From contig CAZUTM010000001.1 in the NCBI GenBank assembly GCA_964623665.1, positions 80,130 to 88,128 of the forward strand: a stretch of DNA of 7,999 bases, written 5' to 3'. Below the pieces are notes generated by a model that ran no database searches, was not told the origin of the DNA, and saw only the letters and a list, made by a program, of their open reading frames with translations. Below, one piece after another: positions 1-6,487 of the stretch. This stretch comes from an uncultured archaeon (GTDB taxonomy: Archaea; Asgardarchaeota; Lokiarchaeia; Sigyniarchaeales; Promethearchaeaceae). Positions within the stretch are counted from its first letter, which is position 1. Every line of letters starts with the position of its first letter. Both the position numbers and the translations under genes were made by a program.

Positions 1-55
1 AGGGTTCGGGTGTGCAATCGAATCAAGAGGGTTCGGGTGTGCAATCGAATCAAGA
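1..55 (+). repeat. Perfect 27-bp tandem duplication (period 27, 2 copies visible, may continue off-window), in frame within the GH38 CDS
   Basis: nt 2-28 and nt 29-55 are both GGGTTCGGGTGTGCAATCGAATCAAGA, and nt 1 equals nt 28. This encodes GSGVQSNQE twice. The first mismatch to the period is at nt 56. Confidence 0.9.
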
Positions 56-1202
56 AAATCTTGAAAATGCAAAAATCATCGAAGAGGATACGTATTGGGC
101 AATAAAAACGCATTTTTTCAGTGTGAAGATTGATAAAGAAACCGGAAACATAACTTCAATTTACGATTTCCGATTGAATAGGGAATTGGTGAAACCGGGC
201 TTTGAAGCAAACGCTCTGATTTCGATCAAAGATTTAGGGGATTCCGAAGGCTATCTAATTCGAAATAGACCATTGATCTCGAGGTTGCCCTATAAACCCG
301 TGTCCGTTATAGATCTGAAAAAACCGACTGAGATTCGGGTGAAGGAGGTTGGTCCTATTCGATTTTCAATCGAAATCTCGAAATTTTTTATGAATTCGAG
401 GTTTATTCAAGAGATAATTTGTTATTCGGAGGATCCCCGGATTGACTTCCACACCGTTATCGATTGGCACGATGTTCAGCAAATGATTAAAGTGCAGTTT
501 CCGTTTAACATCGAATCCGGAGTTCTTACATGTGATACTGCGTATGGCACCATTGTAAGACCTGCTGATGGCAATGAATATTCTGTTCAGAAATGGTTGG
601 ATCTTTCAACTCCCGAATTCGGTGCTTCTTTGCTAAATTTCGCAAGATATGGGTATGATTGTGAGGGTTCCAATATCCGCTTGACCCTTTTGAGAAGCCC
701 TATCGATCCGGTCCCGAGCACCGATGAAGGAATTCACCATATTTGGTATTCTTTAATTCCGCACCGCGGTTCATGGAAAGAAGCGAAAATAATGAAGTTG
801 GGCTATCAATTCAATACTCCAATCTGTACAGCCATGCTTAACATCTGTTATTATCGAAATATACCATTAAACCTTCCAATGATGAGCTATTTCACCATCG
901 ATGCTAACAATGTTATTATGGAATGCATCAAGCCTCCCTATTCTGTAAAGGCCGACTCATTTATAATAATGAGATTATTTGAATTTCATGGCATTTCTAC
1001 GCAATTCGAGATTCGTTCTATCTTTCGAATTAAATCGGTAAAAGAAACGAATTTGTTGGAAGAACTTTCGGATCCCGATTTCGGCACATACAACAAATCT
1101 TCCGAACATGCTGCTTCAAATCGCATAATGATTCAGATTTCGCCTTACGAAATAAAGACTCTTAAGATTGATCTTGCAATGGACAGCGCGATAAATAAAT
1201 GA
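3..1202 (+). CDS. Alpha-mannosidase, glycoside hydrolase family 38, C-terminal portion (5'-partial; frame is open to the left window edge)
   Basis: The frame is open from nt 3 (GGT TCG GGT GTG...), so the GTG at 12 in the ORF track is probably internal. The translation shows the GH38 C-terminal domain pattern as I recall it: FSVKIDKETGNITSIYD..., QKWLDLSTPEFGASLLNFARYGYDCEGSNIRLTLLRSPIDPVPSTDEGIHHIWYSLIPHRGSW. Stop is TGA at 1200-1202. Confidence 0.85.
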   Translation, partial: GSGVQSNQEGSGVQSNQENLENAKIIEEDTYWAIKTHFFSVKIDKETGNITSIYDFRLNRELVKPGFEANALISIKDLGDSEGYLIRNRPLISRLPYKPVSVIDLKKPTEIRVKEVGPIRFSIEISKFFMNSRFIQEIICYSEDPRIDFHTVIDWHDVQQMIKVQFPFNIESGVLTCDTAYGTIVRPADGNEYSVQKWLDLSTPEFGASLLNFARYGYDCEGSNIRLTLLRSPIDPVPSTDEGIHHIWYSLIPHRGSWKEAKIMKLGYQFNTPICTAMLNICYYRNIPLNLPMMSYFTIDANNVIMECIKPPYSVKADSFIIMRLFEFHGISTQFEIRSIFRIKSVKETNLLEELSDPDFGTYNKSSEHAASNRIMIQISPYEIKTLKIDLAMDSAINK

Positions 1203-1274
1203 GTGTGATCTTGTTATCGAATCTCAGAAAATCTTATCATATTCTTTTTTATTTTTGGTGCCTTTAGCGGTATA

Positions 1275-3182
1275 ATGAACGAACAGACCCAGAAAAATGA
1301 AGTTATCTCCACAGCACCGGATGAATCAAAAAAGTCGGGCATAGAAGGCTATAATAAAATAGGAATTCATCGCTTGATTGGTGGATTTTATTACAATATG
1401 GTGTTATTTCTTGGAGGTGCTATCTTTTTCATTGTAATGCTTACCGTGGTGGTTCCGATTATTCTACCTTATCCCGAAATCGAGGGGTATTCAAAAGTGG
1501 TATATGGATTGCTCGGATTCTTTTTTGGTGTATTTGATTTAGGTTCAACGAGAAGTTCAAATGAGCCACAGCTGAGCGGGCAGCTCAACGATGGGCTTCT
1601 CAAATATATCGGGGATTATTCGAGCGGCGCGCCTCTGCTCGCAATGAAGTACATTCAATTTTTCTGCTGGTTTCAAATGGTGACCGGCATTATTCAGATT
1701 TCGATTATCGCAGGCGTTGCGCTTTGGTGGTTCCCGTTTACCGAAATGGCTCATCTTACATGGTTCATTTTGGGCTATTCTCTCATTCAATTTCCCGGTT
1801 GTACGTCAATTTATGAATCGGTATTGAAAGGGTTTCAGCAGCTTGATGTGCTTGCGAAATACCAATTCATTAAAGATACCATAATTAAATACGGGACCAT
1901 GGCAACCGGCGTTATTGTTGGGAGACTTGTGGGCAGAATGCTACCTCAATACGGTGAATTGATGGGTGCGACAACGGGCTATATCTTTGCGTTGTATGCT
2001 GCAGAAATCATTACGTTTGCAATGGGAAGCGTGATGTTCAGCAACAGAATGGGTAAAAAAATCGGGTTTCATTGGTATCAATTATTTACTCCCACATTTG
2101 AAAAACAAGTGGTTTCGAATTTGCTCACATTTTCGGTCAAATTATGGGTTGGGAATCTATTTTCACAGCTAATGACTCTTATCACCAATCTTATAATCAT
2201 TGCGCGTATTCCGAGTTATGGGCTTTGGCTAGGGATTATATCGCTTGGTATGCAATTCTCCGGGTTTGTTTCGATGCAAGGCCAAATGGCTCGAAATTGC
2301 ACCGCGCCCTTGGCAGAAGCATATACACACGGTAAGTATGATTTGTTCCGTTTCTATGTTTTTAATCTGATCAAATACAACGGGTTTATTACGGGCTATT
2401 TATTATCTCCGATGGTGATCTTTTTCCCCGGTATGTTGGGCTTGATAATTGGGATGGTTCCCGGCTTATCCAATTATGAACCGATTGTTATTACTCTTCC
2501 CATGCTTATTCTTCGAGACGCGCTAACGAATAGTATCGGTTCGGTGTCGGGAAGGCTTTTCAATGCGGCAAATCGACCCATGACCGGAGTAATATTGGGT
2601 ATTGTTATGTCTCCAATAAATCTGTTTCTCACTATTTGGTGTCTCGATGTCGGAATGACATGGGAAGCGCTTGTATTGGCGCCTTTGATTTCCACAATTA
2701 TAGGTATCATCGTCTCATTTATTTATTTTGATCGAAAGATATTGCGATTGAATTTCTCTTTCCGGGATACCTTTTGGCATCAATTTGCAATTCCTTGTTT
2801 GATGGTGGGGATTTCGTATGTCATTTATATGGGATTATATTCATTCGTCGTTATCCCCACAATACAAATTATCACCCCTTTTGTTTGGGCTGCCATTCTT
2901 TTTGTTGGTGCTTTAACCTTCTTCGCTATTTTCATCGCAACTCCTATCTATACCTTTTTTGGAGGGCTCGATAAGAATTCGATTAAAATTCTTCAAGAAT
3001 CCGCACCTTTGGCGGGAATTTCAAAAGGTATCCTCAACGGGATCATCAAGAGCGCTGTTATCACGAATAAGATAAGTCCTTTCTCTACAGCTTTCCCCCT
3101 TCCGTTTTTCGAATCAGCGGAAAAAGAACGCGAAGAGTTAAATTGCATGAATATTCTCGCAAATAAAAAATGTGCAAAATAA
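1275..3182 (+). CDS. Polytopic inner-membrane protein (about 14 TM helices), probably a MOP-superfamily (Wzx/MurJ-like) polysaccharide/oligosaccharide flippase
   Basis: 635-aa ORF with hydrophobic segments spread along its whole length. The segment APLAEAYTHGKYDLFRFYVFNLIKYNGFITGYLLSPMVIFFPG...RLFNAANRPMTGVILGIVMSPINLFLTIWCL follows the layout I associate with the second half of polysaccharide-biosynthesis/MOP flippases. That a gene is present is solid. The family assignment is from memory of the pattern, not from a search. Confidence 0.6.
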   Translation: MNEQTQKNEVISTAPDESKKSGIEGYNKIGIHRLIGGFYYNMVLFLGGAIFFIVMLTVVVPIILPYPEIEGYSKVVYGLLGFFFGVFDLGSTRSSNEPQLSGQLNDGLLKYIGDYSSGAPLLAMKYIQFFCWFQMVTGIIQISIIAGVALWWFPFTEMAHLTWFILGYSLIQFPGCTSIYESVLKGFQQLDVLAKYQFIKDTIIKYGTMATGVIVGRLVGRMLPQYGELMGATTGYIFALYAAEIITFAMGSVMFSNRMGKKIGFHWYQLFTPTFEKQVVSNLLTFSVKLWVGNLFSQLMTLITNLIIIARIPSYGLWLGIISLGMQFSGFVSMQGQMARNCTAPLAEAYTHGKYDLFRFYVFNLIKYNGFITGYLLSPMVIFFPGMLGLIIGMVPGLSNYEPIVITLPMLILRDALTNSIGSVSGRLFNAANRPMTGVILGIVMSPINLFLTIWCLDVGMTWEALVLAPLISTIIGIIVSFIYFDRKILRLNFSFRDTFWHQFAIPCLMVGISYVIYMGLYSFVVIPTIQIITPFVWAAILFVGALTFFAIFIATPIYTFFGGLDKNSIKILQESAPLAGISKGILNGIIKSAVITNKISPFSTAFPLPFFESAEKEREELNCMNILANKKCAK

Positions 3183-3225
3183 ACGAGCGAATTCTTCAAA
3201 AAGAATCTAACAATTTCGCTTAATT

Positions 3226-3243
3226 GCCTTTCGGTTTTTTTTT
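3226..3243 (+). terminator. Oligo-T tract (T9) after a minimal GCC-TTTC-GGT stem; possible transcription stop for the membrane-protein gene
   Basis: Sequence is gcctttcggttttttttt, about 45 nt after the stop at 3182. The stem is only 2-3 bp, so the call rests mainly on the T9 run. Confidence 0.3.
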
Positions 3244-3309
3244 ATATTTCTTTTGTTATCTAAACAAAATGCAAATAAACTGCAAATTCGATAATGTTTT
3301 GTGAGCAAA

Positions 3310-4908
3310 ATGAAAACTTATGATCTTGTAATTATTGGAAGCGGGGTGGGTTTGACATTCATAAATCCTGCCCTTCAGTTGGGTTGGAAAACTGCGCTTA
3401 TTGAAGACACAAAACTCGGCGGCACATGTCTCACCCGAGGCTGTATTCCTTCAAAAGTGCTGATTTATCCGGCAGATTTGATTAAAACCGCCGAACATGC
3501 TAAAAGTGTGGGTCTGAACTTCAAGTTGGAAAGCTTTGATTGGAACCTTATCGGAAAGCGGATGTGGAGTCAAATAAACGAATCCGAAGAAATAGAACAT
3601 GGAATTATGCAAGCGAAAGATATGGGGCTCGATTTTTATAAAGGAAAAGCGGAATTCACGGATAAATATACATTACATGTTCAACTGAACGATACGGGTG
3701 CTTTTACCGAAGAATTCAAAGCAAAGCGAATTATTATTGCTGCGGGTTGCAGGACTGCTGTTCCTCCGATTAAGGGAATCGACAAAGTGAAGTATGTGAC
3801 CAACGAAACCTTTTTCGGACCGGATTTTCCTAAGGAAAAGCCTTGGAAAAGTATGATCCTCATCGGTGGAGGCGTGATCGCCGCAGAATTTGCTCATTTC
3901 TTTAGCGCTTTCGGTACGGAAGTTACGGTGGTGGAGATGTTGGATCGATTGGTGTCTACCGAAGAACCGGAAATAAGCGAGTTATTGGAACGAAATTTTC
4001 GAGATCAAATGAAGATCTATCTCAATCACAAGGCCGTCGAAGTTCGCGAAGAAGGAAACGAAAAGATATTGACAATCGAAGACCAAAAAACGAAACGAAC
4101 TCGAGAAGTAAGGGCTGAAGTATTGTTTCTCGCAGCGGGAAGACAGCCGAACACCGATATTCTCAATGTTAAAAAGGCCGGTATTGAAACAGATCAGCGA
4201 GGATGGATAAAAACAAATTCGTTTTTACAAACCAATATGCCGAACGTGTGGGCACTCGGCGATATAAATGGTAAATTCCAATTCCGACATAAAGCGAATT
4301 ATGAAGCGGATATCTTGACCAGAAATCTATTTGCCGGAGAAAAAGTCACCGCGGACTACTCGGCTGTGCCTTGGGCAATTTTCACATATCCGCAAATCGG
4401 CCATGTTGGCCTAACGCAACAAGAGGCACTGGATAAAGGCTACAAGATTTATGTTGCGATCAATCACTATTCTTCCGTGGCGAAGGGCTTTGCGATGGGA
4501 ATTGAACCCGACAGTAACGAAGATGGTTTTGTGAAATTAATAATAAACGAGGATTATCGAATCTTGGGAGCGCATGTAATCGGCCCTGAAGCATCCGTTC
4601 TGGTGCAACCTTTCGTGTACTTAATGAACTCCGGATATACGTGCCAGCGCAAAGCGATCGAAAGCGGAAAAGGCCCTCTATCGATAGAACAATTAAAATT
4701 AAAAAATGCGTGTCCTGAAGCCGGCTCGTTTATGCCGATTTACCATTCAATGGTCATTCATCCCTCCCTTAATGAAGTCACGGGATGGGCTATCGGTAAA
4801 TTACGACCGATAAACATCCCGACCCATGAACACCACCATCATAATCAGAATGAAGAGCAAGAGGAACATGAAAACCACGGACATGATCACGCAAATCATC
4901 CCCATTAA
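3310..4908 (+). CDS. Class-I pyridine nucleotide-disulfide oxidoreductase (dihydrolipoamide dehydrogenase / mycothione-reductase-like flavoprotein) with a His/Glu-rich C-terminal tail
   Basis: N-terminal FAD fold DLVIIGSGVG. Redox-active CxxxxC in GGTCLTRGCIPSK (Cys codons 3427-3429 and 3442-3444). Second dinucleotide fold ILIGGGVIAAEFA followed by VTVVEMLDRL. C-terminal catalytic HPSLNE (the His...Glu dyad motif of this family). The ORF track starts at GTG 3301. ATG 3310 (MKTYDLVIIGSG) looks the more likely start. Confidence 0.9.
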   Translation: MKTYDLVIIGSGVGLTFINPALQLGWKTALIEDTKLGGTCLTRGCIPSKVLIYPADLIKTAEHAKSVGLNFKLESFDWNLIGKRMWSQINESEEIEHGIMQAKDMGLDFYKGKAEFTDKYTLHVQLNDTGAFTEEFKAKRIIIAAGCRTAVPPIKGIDKVKYVTNETFFGPDFPKEKPWKSMILIGGGVIAAEFAHFFSAFGTEVTVVEMLDRLVSTEEPEISELLERNFRDQMKIYLNHKAVEVREEGNEKILTIEDQKTKRTREVRAEVLFLAAGRQPNTDILNVKKAGIETDQRGWIKTNSFLQTNMPNVWALGDINGKFQFRHKANYEADILTRNLFAGEKVTADYSAVPWAIFTYPQIGHVGLTQQEALDKGYKIYVAINHYSSVAKGFAMGIEPDSNEDGFVKLIINEDYRILGAHVIGPEASVLVQPFVYLMNSGYTCQRKAIESGKGPLSIEQLKLKNACPEAGSFMPIYHSMVIHPSLNEVTGWAIGKLRPINIPTHEHHHHNQNEEQEEHENHGHDHANHPH

Positions 4909-5020
4909 TACCCATAGATGCCGTCATAATCGAATCTTGCGCGGAGATTTCTATGCCCATCCGAGATTGCCTTGCTCAGCTAAACGAAAAATTTAGATTT
5001 TCCATTTTTTTTCATAAAAT

Positions 5021-6325
5021 ATGACTCTTGTTTCTTCCGCCAAGCGCGGAATTATCAGCGAAGAAATGAAAAAGGTCGCCATTAAAGAGCGGGTCAGCCC
5101 GGAATTCATTCGGAATGGCTTAGCTGATGGAAAAATCGTAATAACGAAAAATGTCGGCCGGAATATTGAACCCCTTGGCATCGGGGAAGGGCTATTCATC
5201 AAGATCAATGCAAACATCGGGAGCAGTCGGTATATTTTTAATTTGGAAAACGAACTCCAAAAAGCCCGTATCGCGGTTAAATATGGTGCGGATACTCTTA
5301 TGGATCTCTCCACCGGTCGCACGGAACACGATCTCCGAGAAATTCGATCGAAAATCTTGAAAGAAATCTCAATCCCTTTGGGTACCGTTCCGATCTATCA
5401 ATCCGCACTTCGCGCGCTCGAAAAGCGGGGTGCTATTATCAATATGACCGAAGATGATATCTTCAAAGTGATAGAGGAGCAAGCCAAAGAGGGGGTCGAC
5501 TTTTTCACGGTGCACGTTGGAATTACCAAGCATACTGTTGAACATTTAAAAACTCATAAGCGGGAACTCGGGATCGTGTCTCGGGGCGGCACCTTTTTGG
5601 CTTCTTGGATTCTTCACAATAAAGAAGAAAATCCTCTCATCAAAAATTATGATTATCTTCTCGACATTGCAAAGGAATTCGATATTTGTCTTTCATTAGG
5701 AGATGGCATGCGACCCGGATGTATTTTTGATGCCAACGATTACGCGCAGATGAGCGAATTATTGGAAATTTCCCGTCTTTTGAAACGGGCGAAATCGGCA
5801 GATGTTCAAGTGATTGTCGAAGGGCCCGGCCACATGCCCGCGGATCAGATCGCACCTGCCGTTCAATTGCAGAAGCGAATTTGTGAGCATGCGCCCTTCT
5901 ATGTTTTGGGTCCTTTGGTTACGGATGTTGCACCGGGATATGATCATTTGGTAGGGGCAATCGGCGGTGTCATTGCGGGGCTTGCCGGCGTTGATTACTT
6001 ATGTTATGTAACACCGAATGAACACCTCGCACTACCGGATGTCGACGCCGTTAGAGATGGTGTGATTGCATCTAAAATTGCCGCTCACGCAATTGATCTG
6101 GTAAAAAGACCAAAGGAAGCCGCTGAATGGGATATGAAAATGGATAAAGCAAGAGATGCTCTTGATTGGGAAGGGATGATTCGATGCTCGATCGACCCCG
6201 AAAAGGCCAAATTTATTCATGAGAAAAATAAGCCATATCAAACAGACAAACCGTGCACAATGTGCGGCGATCTTTGCGCGATCAAACTGCTTAAGGAAAG
6301 TTTCGACTCCGATTCCAAAAAATAA
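5021..6325 (+). CDS. thiC: Phosphomethylpyrimidine (HMP-P) synthase ThiC, short (~430 aa) form
   Basis: Full-length match to the ThiC pattern: INANIGSS, GADTLMDLSTG, VPIYQ, FFTVHVG, IVSRGG, SLGDGMRPG, VIVEGPGH, FYVLGPLVTDVAPGYDH, YVTPNEHLALP. The C-terminal radical-SAM cluster motif CTMCGDLC (CX2CX4C) is at 6254-6277. Confidence 0.95.
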   Translation: MTLVSSAKRGIISEEMKKVAIKERVSPEFIRNGLADGKIVITKNVGRNIEPLGIGEGLFIKINANIGSSRYIFNLENELQKARIAVKYGADTLMDLSTGRTEHDLREIRSKILKEISIPLGTVPIYQSALRALEKRGAIINMTEDDIFKVIEEQAKEGVDFFTVHVGITKHTVEHLKTHKRELGIVSRGGTFLASWILHNKEENPLIKNYDYLLDIAKEFDICLSLGDGMRPGCIFDANDYAQMSELLEISRLLKRAKSADVQVIVEGPGHMPADQIAPAVQLQKRICEHAPFYVLGPLVTDVAPGYDHLVGAIGGVIAGLAGVDYLCYVTPNEHLALPDVDAVRDGVIASKIAAHAIDLVKRPKEAAEWDMKMDKARDALDWEGMIRCSIDPEKAKFIHEKNKPYQTDKPCTMCGDLCAIKLLKESFDSDSKK

Positions 6326-6342
6326 TTCGATCGATTTTTTTT
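6326..6342 (+). terminator. T8 tract preceded by the 8-bp palindrome TCGATCGA, immediately after the thiC stop; possible terminator or insulator before 5S copy 1
   Basis: Sequence is ttcgatcgatttttttt directly after TAA 6323-6325. There is no convincing hairpin because the palindrome has no loop, so this is a weak call based on the T8 run. Confidence 0.3.
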
Positions 6343-6344
6343 CA

Positions 6345-6359
6345 AAATGTTTAAAATGG
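6345..6359 (+). promoter_or_regulatory. Promoter-like block AAATGTTTAAAATGG upstream of 5S copy 1 (contains TAAAAT as a bacterial -10, or TTTAAAAT as an archaeal TATA box)
   Basis: 14/15 identical to 7604-7618 and at exactly the same distance from the mature 5S 5' end (block ends 20 nt upstream). The 19 nt in between have diverged (about 8/19 identical). Confidence 0.45.
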
Positions 6360-6378
6360 ATACGATCCTTTGTATAAT

Positions 6379-6487
6379 TGCCTCGGTCAAAGCGGCGCTT
6401 TGTTCCCGATCCCATTCCGAACTCGGAAGATAAAGGGCGTAGCGATTAGTGGTACTGCGGTTTCGCGGGAGAGCTAATACTGAGGCA
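6379..6487 (+). rRNA. rrf: 5S ribosomal RNA, copy 1 (about 109 nt)
   Basis: Contains the 5S core CCCGAUCCCAUUCCGAACUCGGAAGAUAAAG (helix III / loop C with the AA bulge). The terminal 9-bp helix I pairs UGCCUCGGU with ACUGAGGCA. The loop-E-like region is GUGGUAC...GGGAGAGC. Helices II, IV and V can be drawn by hand. Ends are good to +/- 2 nt. Confidence 0.9.

Noticed and set aside
1557-3897. Short ORFs nested in the membrane-protein and oxidoreductase genes (1557..1790 -, 2144..2335 +, 2474..2710 -, 2774..2974 +, 2993..3199 -, 3673..3897 -, 3681..3863 -)
   Set aside because: All are fully overlapped by much longer ORFs with coherent TM or domain architecture. They have no independent start signals.
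3310-4908. Calling the flavoprotein mercuric reductase (MerA) because of the metal-binding-like tail
   Set aside because: There is no C-terminal vicinal Cys-Cys pair, no N-terminal NmerA/HMA GMTCxxC domain and no mer operon neighbours. Only the generic class-I CxxxxC and HPxxxE motifs are present.
6371-6378. Perfect extended -10 (TGTATAAT) abutting 5S copy 1
   Set aside because: It ends 1 nt before the mature 5' end, so a TSS about 7 nt downstream would fall inside helix I. It is also not conserved at the homologous position of copy 2 (TCTTACT).
4993-6415. Antisense or out-of-frame ORFs within thiC (4993..5322 -, 5151..5360 +, 5640..5855 -, 5759..5947 -, 6032..6415 -)
   Set aside because: They are nested in or opposite to a full-length, motif-complete ThiC reading frame. 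Their translations are low-complexity with no recognisable motifs. The last one also runs into 5S copy 1.
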